64,000 nucleotides of DNA from an uncultured Candidatus Rokubacteria bacterium (GTDB lineage Bacteria > Methylomirabilota > Methylomirabilia > Rokubacteriales > DASRDR01), in NCBI GenBank assembly GCA_963826115.1, contig CAWGVS010000005.1, forward strand, positions 160,001 to 224,000, in the 5' to 3' direction. The translations under genes and the position numbers were made by a program. Below the pieces are notes generated by a model that did no database searches, was not told the origin of the DNA, and worked only from the letters and a program-made list of their open reading frames with translations. Positions 1 through 11,800 of the stretch are shown piece by piece; positions within the stretch are counted from its first letter, which is position 1; each line of letters starts with the position of its first letter.

Positions 1-578
<578 letters not shown>

Positions 579-600
579 TCCCCGCATCAAGGAGACGTCC

Positions 601-2073
601 ATGGCATACGGCGCAGCCCTCGGCCTCACGATCTCCCGCCTGACGCGGCTGATACGACAGCGCCGTGCGCTGTTCTACGGCGTGCGCGGGCTGACGTGGG
701 GCCTGTGCGTTTCGATAGTCCCGGTGGCGCTCCGCGCCATGATCGGGCCCTGGGCATTGCCCGTGGCGGGCGGGCTCGCCGCCGCCGGCGCGCTCGTCGG
801 TGTCCTCTACGGCCTGCTCCTCCGGGTGCCGGCGGGGGACGCGCTGGGCTTGGCCGACCGCGCGTTCGGTCTCAAGGACCGTCTCGCCACGGCGCACGAC
901 CTCCTCGGCCGTCCGGAGCGCGGGCACCTGGCCGAGGCGGCCATCGAGGACGCCGAGCAGCACGCCGGCCAGATCGCGCTCTCGCGGGCCGTGCCCTGGC
1001 GGTGGCCGCGGGAGATGAAGCTCCTTCCCGCTCCCGTCCTGGCCCTGGCGGTGCTGCCGTACCTCCCGCCGGTCCCGGTTCTCGACGTGTCCATGCCCAA
1101 CTTCACGCCGGCGACCGAGGAAGAGAAGAAGCCGGAGGCCACCGGTCCGCAGCAGGCGATCGAGCGGCACCAGCCGAAGAAGACCGAGAAGGTCGAGCGC
1201 GTGGAGATGCAGGACCGCGACTACCAGATGCGTCCCAACCCGGACAGCCGGGAGCACACCAAGGGTGACCTGGGCGCGGCCTTCAAGGACACGAACGTCG
1301 CGACCAAGCGGCCCGACTTCTCGAGCTTCCTGAAGCAGGGCGACGAGCGGATCCGGCTTCTCGAGCGGGTCGACAGCCTCCCCGACCTCCAGCGGGACTT
1401 CACGCAGAGCCAGTACAAGGTGATGTTCCGCAAGTCGCGCAGCCTCCTCTCCGGGATGGACCCGCGTCAGATGACGCCGGAGAAGCTCCGCCAGCTGCTC
1501 GAGGAGATGAACCGGATGGGCCGGCGCCCCAGCAGCGGCTCGGGCGGCGAGGGCGACTGGGGCCAGGAGATGATGGAGGGCGCCGAGGCGCTCGACCGGG
1601 GCCAGATGGACAAGGCCATGGAGGCCATGGAGCGGGCGCTCCAGAAGATGCGGGCGCAGGAGGAGCGCGACCGCGGCGGCAAGGGGCTCCAGAGCGGCAA
1701 GAATCAGGGCCGCGGTCGGGACGGGGACCGCGGCGCCGGCGGCCGCCCCGGCGAGGACGACCCGGACTTCGGCGAGGGGCAGGGCTCCCTCCCGGGGAAG
1801 GGGACGAACCCCGGGTGGCGGGGCGATCCGACGAACCGGCTCGGGCAGAACCCGCTCGACATCGGCGTCGAGGGCCAGATGCGCAAGGGGCGGCGCGAGT
1901 CCTACGACACGAACATGCTCGGCAAGGGCGCCCAGAATCCGTCGCGGCTGCCCTCGATGAGCGTGGTCACCCAGTACCGCAAGATGATGGAGGAGGCTCT
2001 GGCGAAGGAGGCGATCCCGCTCGACTACCGTAGTCAGGTGCGGGACTACTTCCAGGCGCTCGAGGAGCGCTGA
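601..2073 (+). CDS. Membrane-anchored hypothetical protein with helical, Gly-rich C-terminus (MoxR-operon accessory)
   Basis: AAGGAG RBS; ~3 N-terminal TM segments; C-terminal IPLDYRSQVRDYF tail of the kind seen in MoxR/VWA operons. Confidence 0.8.
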   Translation: MAYGAALGLTISRLTRLIRQRRALFYGVRGLTWGLCVSIVPVALRAMIGPWALPVAGGLAAAGALVGVLYGLLLRVPAGDALGLADRAFGLKDRLATAHDLLGRPERGHLAEAAIEDAEQHAGQIALSRAVPWRWPREMKLLPAPVLALAVLPYLPPVPVLDVSMPNFTPATEEEKKPEATGPQQAIERHQPKKTEKVERVEMQDRDYQMRPNPDSREHTKGDLGAAFKDTNVATKRPDFSSFLKQGDERIRLLERVDSLPDLQRDFTQSQYKVMFRKSRSLLSGMDPRQMTPEKLRQLLEEMNRMGRRPSSGSGGEGDWGQEMMEGAEALDRGQMDKAMEAMERALQKMRAQEERDRGGKGLQSGKNQGRGRDGDRGAGGRPGEDDPDFGEGQGSLPGKGTNPGWRGDPTNRLGQNPLDIGVEGQMRKGRRESYDTNMLGKGAQNPSRLPSMSVVTQYRKMMEEALAKEAIPLDYRSQVRDYFQALEER

Positions 2074-2078
2074 GCCGG

Positions 2079-3002
2079 ATGGCGCGCCTCGTGCGTTCGG
2101 CCACCGCCAGCGGGCCGTCGCCGGCGGCTGAGCGCTTCTTCTCGAACGCGTTCCTCATGCAGCTCGAGCGCCTCGGTTTCGTGTCGAAGCGCTCGCACGT
2201 GGGCGCGGTCAAGGGCGAGCGGAAGAGCCCGCGCCGCGGCTCCAGCGTCGAGTTCGCCGACTACCGCCCGTACGAGGTCGGCGACGACCTCCGCTACGTC
2301 GACTGGAACGCGTTCGCGCGCCTGAACAAGCTGTTTCTCAAGGTGTTCATCGACGAGGAGGATCTGTGCATCCACCTCCTCCTCGACGCGAGCGGGTCCA
2401 TGGACTACGGCACGCCCAACAAGTTCCGGTATGCCGTCCGCCTGGCCGCCGCGCTGGCGTTCATCGGGTTCGTGAACCTCGAGCGAGTCGGCGTGGCGGT
2501 GTTCCGCGACCGGGTCGCCGAGGGGTGGCTCCCGACCCGAGGGCGCAACCAGTTCCTCCCGATCCAGGAGTTCCTCGCCAACCTCTCCCCCGGCGGGGGC
2601 ACGGCCTTCAACGACGCGCTCAAGCAGTACGCGCGGCGCGCGAAGGACGCCGGCGTGGCCGTCGTGATCTCCGACTTCCTGGACCCGGCGGGCTACACCT
2701 CGGGGCTGCGCGCGCTCATGGAGCGACGCTTCGACATCCACGTGCTCCACCTCCTGGCGCCCGACGAGCTGCGGCCCATGCTCGGTGGGGACCTGGAGCT
2801 GGTCGACGCCGAGACCGGGGAGGTGCGCGAGGTGTCGGTGGACGCCGAGGTGCTCCGGAGCTACGAGCGCCAGCTGGGGACGTTCATCTCGGGCATCGAG
2901 GGGTTCTGCCGGTCCAACGAGCTGGACTACGTGCGCGTCATCAGCGACATGCCGGTCGAGGACCTCCTGCTCCGCCGCCTCAAGGGGGGCCTGCTCCAGT
3001 GA
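2079..3002 (+). CDS. DUF58 family protein
   Basis: GSSVEFADYRPYEVGDDLRYVDWN, LLDASGSM and VISDF motifs. Confidence 0.93.
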   Translation: MARLVRSATASGPSPAAERFFSNAFLMQLERLGFVSKRSHVGAVKGERKSPRRGSSVEFADYRPYEVGDDLRYVDWNAFARLNKLFLKVFIDEEDLCIHLLLDASGSMDYGTPNKFRYAVRLAAALAFIGFVNLERVGVAVFRDRVAEGWLPTRGRNQFLPIQEFLANLSPGGGTAFNDALKQYARRAKDAGVAVVISDFLDPAGYTSGLRALMERRFDIHVLHLLAPDELRPMLGGDLELVDAETGEVREVSVDAEVLRSYERQLGTFISGIEGFCRSNELDYVRVISDMPVEDLLLRRLKGGLLQ

Positions 3003-6000
3003 GCTTCCTGCAGCCCTGGGCGTTCCTGCTGCTCGGACTGGCGATCCCGCTGCTCCTCCTGTACTTCCTGAAGGTTCGCCGCCAGCAGCGTCGCGTGTCC
3101 TCGGTCATCCTCTGGACGCCCGTCTTCCGGGACCAGCAGGCGTCGGCCCTGTTCCAGCGGCTCCAGCTCGACCCGCTCCTCCTGCTCCAGCTCCTGGCGC
3201 TCCTGCTCCTGTGCGCGGCGCTCGCCCGTCCGACCCTCACGCTCCAGGGCAAGGGGGCCGAGCGGCTGATCTTCGTGGTCGACACCTCCGCCTCGATGAA
3301 GGCGCGGGACGTCGGGACGACGCGCATCCGCGAGGCGCAGCAGCGAGCGGCCGCCCTCATCGCCGAGGCGGGGCAGGGCGCCGAGCTGATGGTCATCGAG
3401 GCGGGCTCCCAGCCGACGATCCGCCTCCACTTCACCCGGGACCGGGACCGCGCCCGGCGGGCGATCTACGACATCGAGGCGCACGACCAGCCCAACCACC
3501 TGAGCGAGGCGATCCGCACGGCGCTGGCGCTGGTGCCCGCCATCGACCCGCGGATCCGCGTCCACGTGCTGACGGACGGCGCGTTCGACGCGGCGCAGGT
3601 GCGGGAGTTCCCGGATCCCCGGGTCCGGTGGGTCACGGTCGGCGGCGGCTCGCGGAACGTCGGCATCACGCAGTTCGCGGTGCGGAAGGCCTACTACGGG
3701 GCCTTCGACTACCAGGCGTTCCTGTCGGTCACGAACTTCTCCGACGAGCGCGTCTCGTTCCCGCTCGCGCTGACCATCGACGACCAGAAGATCAGCGAGC
3801 AGACGATCTCGCTGGACCCCCTGGTGAAGCGGAACGTCATCGTGCCGTTCACGCTCCAGACCGGCGGGGTGGTGAAGGCCGTGGCGGACGTCCGCGACGA
3901 CCTCGACGCGGACAACGTGGTCCAGGCGGTCGTGCCGGAGCCCCGGAAGCTCCGGGTCCTCCTGGTCAGTCCCGGGAACCTCTTCCTCGAGAAGGCGCTG
4001 CGCACCGACCCACAGGTGATCCTCGAGACGAAGACGCCCCCCGAGTACCAGGGCGGCATGGGGACGTACGACGTGGTCGTCCTCGACGGCACGTCGCCCG
4101 CGAAGATCGGCGGGGGCCGGTTCATCCTCGTCAACTCGACGCCCGGCGACGTCCCGATCGAGTCCCTCGGCACGATGGAGCAGCCCGTCGTCCTCGACTG
4201 GGTCCGCAACCACCCGGTCATGCGGTTCGTCGATCTGTCGAAGGTGGCGGTCGAGGAGGCGCTCCGCGTCCGGCCGCTGGCGGCGGGCAAGACGCTGCTG
4301 GAGGCGGTGGGTGGGCCCCTGATCTTCCTGCTCGAAGAGCCGCAGCGGAAGGCGGTGTTCGTCGGCTTCGACCTCTTCAAGACGGACCTGCCGCTGCGCG
4401 TCGCGTTCCCGCTGATCCTCGCCAACAGCATCCGGTGGCTCCAGCCCGTCGGTCTGGAGGGCTCGGACCTGATGGTCGCCGCCGGAGCGCCCTTCCTCCT
4501 CGCCGTCGAGCACGGCGTCCAGGAGGGCACGGTGCGCGATCCGAGCGGGACCTCGCAACGGGCGGAGATCACGCGGGGCGCGCTGTCGTTCGCGCAGACC
4601 GACCGGGTCGGCATCTACACGCTGAACACGGGCGGGAAGCGGGAGGTCCGGTTCGCCGTCAACCTCCTGGACGGCACCGAGTCGAACATCCGTCCGCAGC
4701 CGCTCGCGGTCTCGCCGGCGCCCACGGCCGGCGGCGTGGGCGACAGCTTCACGTACCAGCGCGAGCTGTGGCCCTTCCTCCTCGGCCTGGCGATGCTCAC
4801 GCTCGCGTTCGAGGGCTTCCTCTACTGGCGGAGGCAGACGGCCGGGCGTCTCGCGTGGCCGTCGCGGGCCTCGGACCGGTGGGCCCTCGCGAGCCGCGGG
4901 ACCGCGCTGGCGCTTCTCGCGTGGGCGCTCATGCAGCCCCAGTTCACCCGGTGGCTGGACCGGCAGAACGTCTTCTTCGTGGTCGACATGTCGGACAGTG
5001 TCAGCCTCGCCGCCCGCGAGACCGCCTACCGGTGGACCACGGGGGCGCTCGAGGGCATGAAGGCCGGCGACCGCGCGGGGCTGATCACGTTCGGGGGGGA
5101 CCCCCAGCTCGCCGAGCCGCTCCGGACCAACGCCACCTTCGCGCGCCCGCAGCCCCCGGCGGTGGGGCGGACCACGAACATCGCCCGCGCGATCCAGCTC
5201 GCGCAGGCCTCGCTGCCGCGCGGGGAGGCGAACCGCATCGTCATCCTGTCGGACGGTCGCGAGAACGCCGGCAAGGCGGTGGTCGCCGCGCAGGCCGCGA
5301 AGGACGCGAGCATCCCGATCTACTACTCGCCGGTCGGGCTCACGTTCCCCCAGGAGGTCGTCGTCGAGCAGCTGCTCCTGCCGAACGAGGTCAAGTTCGG
5401 CGAGCCCTTCTACGCGAGGGTCGTGGTGACCTCGGTCAAGGACGCGAGCGGGCGGCTGTCGCTGTACCGGAACGGCGAGTTCATCGGCTCGCAGGTGGTG
5501 CGGCTCAACGCGGGGAAGAACGTCCTGACGTACCGCCAGTCGCTCGAGCAGGCGGGCGTCCACGTCTACCAGGCGCTCGTCGAGGTCGAGGGAGACGTCA
5601 TCGAGGAGAACAACCGCGCGATCGGCATCACCGTGGTCCGGGGCAAGCCCCAGGTGCTCCTCGTCGACAAGGAGGAGGCGCAGGCCCAGAACCTGGCCAA
5701 CGCCCTCCGGTCCCAGTACTTCGACGTGCGGGTCGTCGGCCCCGAGGGCCTGCCGACGTCGATGGCCGGCCTCGAGAAGTTCGACGGGGTCATCCTGTCG
5801 AACGTCTCCTCGCTCAAGATGTCGCGCCAGCAGATGACCATGGTGCGCGACTACGTGCGCGACCAGGGCGGCGGGCTGGTCATGATCGGCGGCGAGGAGA
5901 GCTTCGGCCTGGGCGGCTTCTACCGCACGCCCGTCGAGGAGGCCCTGCCGGTCACCATGGAGGTGAAGCAGAAGGTCGAGATCCCGAGCCTCGCGGTCAT

Positions 6001-7366
6001 GCTCGTGATCGACCGGTCCGGCTCCATGGCGATGGGCATGAAGGACAACGACAAGATCAACAAGCTCGAGGTCGCGAAGGAGTCTTCGCACCTGGTCGTC
6101 GATCTCCTCGACGAGCGGAACGAGGTGGGCGTTCTCTCGTTCGACACCGAGTTCGTGTGGCACGTGCCCATCCAGGCCGCGAAGAACAAGCAGGCCATAC
6201 ACCGCGAGATCTCGGCGATCAAGGCCGGGGGCGGGACCGACGGCTACCCGGCGGTGCGCGAGGCGTACAAGGCCCTCTTCGACCGCGACGCATTGCTCAA
6301 GCACGTCATCTTCCTGTCGGACGGGCAGATGACGCGCGGGGATTTCGCCGGCCTGGTCCGGCGGATGGTCAAGGACAAGATCACGGTCTCCGGGGTCGCG
6401 ATCGGCTCCGACGCCGACGTCCAGCTGATGAACGACGTCTCCAAGTGGGGGCGCGGGCGCTTCTACTTCACCGAGGAGACCAGCACCGTCCCGCGGATCT
6501 TCACGCTGGAGACCCAGCTCGCATCGAAGGCGTCGCTGATCGAGCAGCCGTTCAAGGCGATCGTGACGAGTCCGAGCCACGAGGCGATCCAGGACATCGA
6601 CTGGCCCAAGGCGCCACCCCTCGGCGGTTACGTCGCGACCAGCATCAAGGGCACCGCCGACCAGCTCCTCATGACCCACCAGGAGGATCCGCTCCTGGCG
6701 GCCTGGCGGTACGGCCTCGGGCGGTCCGTGGCCTTCACTGCCGACGCCAAGGCGAAGTGGGGCATCCTCTGGCTCCGGTGGCCCAACTACAACAAGTTCT
6801 GGGCCCAGGTCGTCCGCTGGACGCTCCGAGCGAACACGCGGAGCGACACGACCGTCAGCGTCGACCGGCGAGACGGCCAGGCCGTGGTCACCGTCGACGG
6901 GATCGACACGAAGGGCGAGTTCATCAACTTCCTGGACGGCCAGCTCGGCGTCGTGAATCCCGACAAGCGGCAGTCGGTGGTCGAGATCGAGCAGGTCGCC
7001 CCGGGCCGCTACCGCGGCACCTTCCCGACGCCGGGTGAGGGGGTGTACCTGGCGGGCTTGACGACGCGCCGAGAGCAGCAGATGTTCGGGTCGCAGATCG
7101 TGGGTACCGTCGTACCCTACGCCCAGGAGTACCGGGAGCTGGGGGCCAACGAGAGCTTCCTGCGAGAGGTGAGCGAGCTGACCGGAGGCGGTCCGCTGAG
7201 CGACGCCAAGGAGTCCTTCACGCTGAACCGGCGCCGCTCTCGGATCCCGACCGACCTGTGGCCGTGGCTGGTGGGGCTGGTGACCGTGGCGCTGGTGCCG
7301 GAGATCGCGATGCGCCGGGTCGGCCCCGCTCTCGCGCGGCTCGCGTGGTGGAGGACAAGGAGGTAA
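2999..7366 (+). CDS. BatA-N / VWA / glutamine-amidotransferase-like / VWA membrane protein (~1455 aa, three VWA domains)
   Basis: GTG start overlaps DUF58 stop (GTGA); BatA-like N-terminus ([24 protein letters not shown]); MIDAS-like DTSASM, DMSDSV, DRSGSM; [17 protein letters not shown]; ORF-track 5' extension from 2366 is a shadow frame. Confidence 0.88.
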   Translation: MSFLQPWAFLLLGLAIPLLLLYFLKVRRQQRRVSSVILWTPVFRDQQASALFQRLQLDPLLLLQLLALLLLCAALARPTLTLQGKGAERLIFVVDTSASMKARDVGTTRIREAQQRAAALIAEAGQGAELMVIEAGSQPTIRLHFTRDRDRARRAIYDIEAHDQPNHLSEAIRTALALVPAIDPRIRVHVLTDGAFDAAQVREFPDPRVRWVTVGGGSRNVGITQFAVRKAYYGAFDYQAFLSVTNFSDERVSFPLALTIDDQKISEQTISLDPLVKRNVIVPFTLQTGGVVKAVADVRDDLDADNVVQAVVPEPRKLRVLLVSPGNLFLEKALRTDPQVILETKTPPEYQGGMGTYDVVVLDGTSPAKIGGGRFILVNSTPGDVPIESLGTMEQPVVLDWVRNHPVMRFVDLSKVAVEEALRVRPLAAGKTLLEAVGGPLIFLLEEPQRKAVFVGFDLFKTDLPLRVAFPLILANSIRWLQPVGLEGSDLMVAAGAPFLLAVEHGVQEGTVRDPSGTSQRAEITRGALSFAQTDRVGIYTLNTGGKREVRFAVNLLDGTESNIRPQPLAVSPAPTAGGVGDSFTYQRELWPFLLGLAMLTLAFEGFLYWRRQTAGRLAWPSRASDRWALASRGTALALLAWALMQPQFTRWLDRQNVFFVVDMSDSVSLAARETAYRWTTGALEGMKAGDRAGLITFGGDPQLAEPLRTNATFARPQPPAVGRTTNIARAIQLAQASLPRGEANRIVILSDGRENAGKAVVAAQAAKDASIPIYYSPVGLTFPQEVVVEQLLLPNEVKFGEPFYARVVVTSVKDASGRLSLYRNGEFIGSQVVRLNAGKNVLTYRQSLEQAGVHVYQALVEVEGDVIEENNRAIGITVVRGKPQVLLVDKEEAQAQNLANALRSQYFDVRVVGPEGLPTSMAGLEKFDGVILSNVSSLKMSRQQMTMVRDYVRDQGGGLVMIGGEESFGLGGFYRTPVEEALPVTMEVKQKVEIPSLAVMLVIDRSGSMAMGMKDNDKINKLEVAKESSHLVVDLLDERNEVGVLSFDTEFVWHVPIQAAKNKQAIHREISAIKAGGGTDGYPAVREAYKALFDRDALLKHVIFLSDGQMTRGDFAGLVRRMVKDKITVSGVAIGSDADVQLMNDVSKWGRGRFYFTEETSTVPRIFTLETQLASKASLIEQPFKAIVTSPSHEAIQDIDWPKAPPLGGYVATSIKGTADQLLMTHQEDPLLAAWRYGLGRSVAFTADAKAKWGILWLRWPNYNKFWAQVVRWTLRANTRSDTTVSVDRRDGQAVVTVDGIDTKGEFINFLDGQLGVVNPDKRQSVVEIEQVAPGRYRGTFPTPGEGVYLAGLTTRREQQMFGSQIVGTVVPYAQEYRELGANESFLREVSELTGGGPLSDAKESFTLNRRRSRIPTDLWPWLVGLVTVALVPEIAMRRVGPALARLAWWRTRR

Positions 7367-7371
7367 CCACG

Positions 7372-8733
7372 ATGGCGAGGCACACCGGGGTCCGGGTCCT
7401 GCGAATGCGTGGCCCGATGATCGGGCTGCTCACGGGGTGCGCCCTCCTGGCGTCCCTCGGAGGAAGCGCGTGGGCGAAGACGCGTCCGGTGCTGATCTTG
7501 CCGTACCAGTCGGGTGAGTCCGACCCCTGGTTCGGGGAGGCCATCGCCGAGACCCTGTACCTGGCCGCCCAGGGGACGCCGGCCCTCCTTCCCATCGAGC
7601 GGGGCCGGGCGATGCAGGCGGCCCGAGCCGCCGGCGGCGAGGCTGCCGCGGACCGGAGCCCGGTCGCGCTCGCGCGCGCGGTCAAGGCCGAGCTCGTCTT
7701 CCTCGGGGACTACCAGCGCACGGCCAGCGACGGGATCACGATCACGCCCCGCCTGCTGGACGTGAACACGGGCCGGACGCAGTCGCTCGACCCGGTCCAG
7801 GGTCCGAGCGACAAGCTCATCGAGACCCAGGCCACGCTGATCCAGGCCTACGCGAAGGCGCTCAACCTCGGCCTGAAGCCCGAGGAGACCGACCGGCTGG
7901 TGGCGGCCGCCAAGCCGACGTCCAGCATGACGGCCTTCGAGGCCTACGCCAAGGGTCGCCGCTCGGCGCTGGCGGGTACCCAGGAGGGGAACGAGGGCGC
8001 CGCGGAGCTCCTGGCGCGGGCGGTCGAGGTCGACCCCACCTTCGCCGTGGCCCACTACCAGCTGGGTGCGGTGCACCTGGTCCTCGGGAACCGCTGGAAG
8101 GCGGCGGCGCAGTTCCGGGCCGCGACCCAGGTGGACGCGGGCATTCCGGAGCCGTTCAAGGCGCTCGGCGACCTCTTCATGTCGAGCCCGCGGCGGCTGT
8201 TCGACCAGGCAATCGAGGCCTACCAGCGGGCGATCACGATCCGGCCGCACTACGCGGACGCCCACGTCGGGATCGGGGACGCCAAGGCCGCGAAGGGCGA
8301 GCACGAGGCCGCCATCGCGCACTACCAGAAGGCCTTGTCGCTCGACCCGCTGAACGCGCGGGTCCAGTTCGCGCTCGGCAAGATCTACTACACCGAGAAG
8401 GGCCTCTACTACGAGGCGGTCAGCGCGTACAAGAAGGCCATCGATCTCGACCAGTCCTTCCTCGAGGCCCGGATGGGCCTCGGCGAGATCTACGAGGAGA
8501 AGGGCCTCTACAAGGACGCCGTCGCCGAGTACAAGAAGGTGATCGAGGTCGAGTCGAAGCACACCGCCGCGCACTACAACCTCGCCATGGCCTACGAGAA
8601 GCTGGACCCCCGCGAGGCCATCGCGCAGTGGGACCGCTACATCGCGATCGCGTCCACCATTGCCACGGAGAAGGAATGGGTGGACGTGGCCCGGCAGCAC
8701 CTCAAGAAGCTGCGCGACAAGTACCCGCAGTGA
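7372..8733 (+). CDS. Exported TPR-repeat protein with TolB-N/FlgO-like N-terminal domain
   Basis: AGGAGG RBS at 7358-7363; signal-like segment ending SAWA; multiple TPR repeats ([19 protein letters not shown] etc.). Confidence 0.85.
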   Translation: MARHTGVRVLRMRGPMIGLLTGCALLASLGGSAWAKTRPVLILPYQSGESDPWFGEAIAETLYLAAQGTPALLPIERGRAMQAARAAGGEAAADRSPVALARAVKAELVFLGDYQRTASDGITITPRLLDVNTGRTQSLDPVQGPSDKLIETQATLIQAYAKALNLGLKPEETDRLVAAAKPTSSMTAFEAYAKGRRSALAGTQEGNEGAAELLARAVEVDPTFAVAHYQLGAVHLVLGNRWKAAAQFRAATQVDAGIPEPFKALGDLFMSSPRRLFDQAIEAYQRAITIRPHYADAHVGIGDAKAAKGEHEAAIAHYQKALSLDPLNARVQFALGKIYYTEKGLYYEAVSAYKKAIDLDQSFLEARMGLGEIYEEKGLYKDAVAEYKKVIEVESKHTAAHYNLAMAYEKLDPREAIAQWDRYIAIASTIATEKEWVDVARQHLKKLRDKYPQ

Positions 8734-8776
8734 GCCCCCGGGCGGGGGCCCGGCCCTCGCCCTGACGGAGCCGACG

Positions 8777-8805
8777 GCCGGCCGGCGGGGTCCCCGCCGG
8801 CCGGC
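8777..8805. terminator. Perfect 14-bp inverted repeat between convergent genes (likely bidirectional terminator)
   Basis: GCCGGCCGGCGGGG-T-CCCCGCCGGCCGGC; no U-tract. Confidence 0.55.
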
Positions 8806-8849
8806 GGCGCGTCCGGGCTCCGGCCGCCCGCTCCGTCTCGGCCCGGGGC

Positions 8850-11800
8850 TCAGCCCGACTTCACCGGCGCCTGCGCGACGAGGAACTCCACGGCGCGGTC
8901 GAGCTCGCGATCGAGGCGCATCCCCAGGTCGGCGATCCGGTCGGCGTCCCCGCTCGGGCTGAGGGCCTCGAGCTCGCCGGACAGCGCCTGGGCCGCCGTC
9001 GCGCCCACCGACGCGGCCGCGCCCCGGAGCGCGTGGGCGACGCGGCCGACCCGCGCCCCGTCCCGGGCGTCGAGGGCCTCGCGGAGCTCGGCGCGCCGGC
9101 GCCCGCAGCTCTCGACGAACAGGGCGGCGATCTCGGCCCTGAGCGCCTCGTCGCCCGCGGCCAGCCGGCGCGCGACCTCGAGGTCCACCGGCGCCGGCCC
9201 GGCCGCCTCGCGCGCGGGCAGGGGCTCCCGGTCGACGTGGCCGTCGATGGTGGCCGCCAGCGCGGCCGGCTGGATCGGCTTCGTGACGTAGTCGTCCATC
9301 CCGGCCGCGCGCGCCCGCGCCTCGTCGCCCGGCATCGCGTGCGCGGTCACCGCGACGACCGGGAGCCTCCCGCCGGCGGCGAACGACGAGCCCGGCGGCG
9401 GCGTCCAGCTCCCCGCCGCTCGCCGGGCCTCGCGGTCCCGGATCGCGCCCACGGCGGCGAGGCCATCCATGTCGGGCATCTGAAGATCCATCAGCACGAG
9501 GTCGAAGCGCTCGCGCTCCAGGGCCTCGAGGGCCGCGCGGCCCGTCTCGACGACGACTGCCTCGTGCCCCTGCCGCTCCACCAGGCGCGCGGCCAGGCGC
9601 TGGTTCACCGGGTTGTCCTCGACCACGAGGATGCGGAGCCGCTGCCGCCGCTCGCGCAGCGCGTGGCGCGTGACCAGGGCTGGCGGCGCTCCCGGGGTGG
9701 GCCGGACGCCGATCGCGGCGAGGACCGTGTCGAGCAGCTCGTCGCGCGCGATCGGCTTCGTGAGATACCCGCGGATGCCGAGGGCCCGGCAGCGGGCGCC
9801 GTCGCCGGGCCGCCCGGCGGCGGAGAGCACGATCAGCGCCGTGGCGTCGTTGGCGGGGTCGGCCTTGATCCGCTCGCAGAGCGCGAAGCCGTCGAGGAGG
9901 GGGGCTTCGGCCTCGGTCAGGACGAGGGCGAAGGCGGCGCCCTCCGACCGGGCGCGGGCGACGGCGGCGAGCCCCGCGTCGGCGTCCGCCGCCTCGGTCA
10001 CCCGGAAGCCCCACTGGCCGAGCATGTCGGCGACGATGCGCCGGTTGATCGCGTGGCTGTCGACCACCAGGGCCGCCTTCCCTCGCAGCGCCTCCACGGG
10101 CAGCGCCGCCGGCGCGGCGCCCGGACGCCCGAGCCCGAACCGCGCGGTGAAGTGGAAGGTGCTGCCCGCGCCGACCGGCGCTCTCGACCCAGATCCGGCC
10201 CTGCATCATCTCGACCAGCCGCCGGGTGATCGCGAGCCCGAGCCCGGTGCCGCCGTAGCGGCGCGTCGTCGAGCTGTCAGCCTGCTCGAAAGCCTCGAAC
10301 ACCAGCGCCTGCTTGTCGGCCGGGATCCCGATCCCGGTGTCCGCGACCGTGAAGTGCAGCGTGACCGCGTCGGCCGTCTCGGACGCCACCGTCACGCGGA
10401 CGACGACGGAGCCCCGCTCGGTGAACTTGAGGGCGTTGCCCACCAGGTTCAGGACGACCTGCCGGAGGCGACCCGGGTCGCCGACGAGCGCATCGGGCGC
10501 TTCCGACGCGACGTCCGCGGCGAGCTCCAGCCCCTTCTGGTGGGCGCGGAGCGCAAGCGGCTTGAGCGCGTGGCCGAGGATCGACCGCAGGGAGAAGTCG
10601 GCCGCGTCGAGCTCGAGCTTGCCCGCCTCCCCCTTGGAGAAGTCGAGGATGTCGTTGATGAGGTCGAGGAGCGCGTCGGCCGCCGTCTTGACCATCTGGA
10701 GGTACTCGCGTTGCTCGTCGCCGAGGTCGCTGTCGAGGAGGAGATCCGTCATGCCCATGATGCCGTTCATCGGTGTCCGGATCTCGTGGCTCATGTTCGC
10801 CAGGAACTCGCTCTTGGCCCGGCTGGCCGCCTCCGCGGTTTCCTTGGCGGCCCGGAGCTCCGCGGCGGCCCGCGCGTTCTCGAGCGCGAGGGCCGCTTGG
10901 TCCGCGAACGCCTGTGCGAGGCGGATCTCGTCGGCCTGGAAGCTCTGGCCCGCGGGGCGTCCCACGGAGAGCGCGCCGATCGCCTGGTCGCGGAACATGA
11001 TCGGGACGGCGAGCACGGCGCGGAACGGCAGCGGGGCGATGCGCGCCCGGACCTCGGCGGTCAGAGGCGTCCGCGGGTCGGCCAGGACGTCCTCCGCGGT
11101 CACCGGGCGGCGGTCCCGCACCGCGACGCCCGACGCGCCGGTGCCGGCCGGGACCCGTACGCCCTCGTGCCAGTCCGGGCCTGCGTCTCCCGACACGGCG
11201 AGGGCGACGAGGTCGCCCGTCGCGTCCACGCGGTAGAGGGACGCGACGCCGGCGTCGAGGAGGCCGCGGATGGTCGAGACGATCCGCTCCGCGACCTCGC
11301 CGGGGTCGAGGGACTGCGAGATGATCCGGCCGACCTCCGCGAAGCTCTCGGCGGCCCGCCGCCGGCGCTCGGCTTCCGCGAAGAGCCGGGCGTTCTCCAT
11401 CGCGATGCCGGCCTGCTCGGCCAGGTTGGTGGCGAGCGCGAGCGCGTCCTGGCCGAATCGATGGCCGCGCTCGCGGTAGACGTTGAGCGTCCCGAGGATG
11501 CGCGCCCCCACGCGGACCGGGACGGACATCTGAGCGCCGATCCGGTCGGCCCGCTGCCGCGCCCGATGCTCGGGCGAGAGGCGGGGATCCGAGGCGCTGT
11601 CCGCAGTGACGATCGGCTCCCCGGTCACGGCGACCTGGCCGCTGATCGACTCTCCCAGCCGGAGCCGCTTGCCGGTCAGGAGGTCCCGGGCTCCCGGCGT
11701 CACGGCCGCCCGCACGAGGAACTCGCCCTCGATCAGCCGGAACGCCGCCTCGCCGTGGAACAGTTCCGCGGCGGCCCGGGCGATGCCCTTGAGGACGGCG

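Noticed and set aside
2785-7038. Very long alternative-frame and antisense ORFs (2785..7038, 2927..6679, 9613..13446, 10277..13195, 48392..51013, 61075..63378)
   Set aside because: Arg/Gly/Pro-rich shadow frames of real genes, expected at this GC content; no motifs or RBS
7117-10175. C-terminal ~1000 aa of the 2290-aa ORF, suggesting a giant kinase
   Set aside because: Out-of-frame run-on after the indel near 10176, partly antisense to the TPR gene
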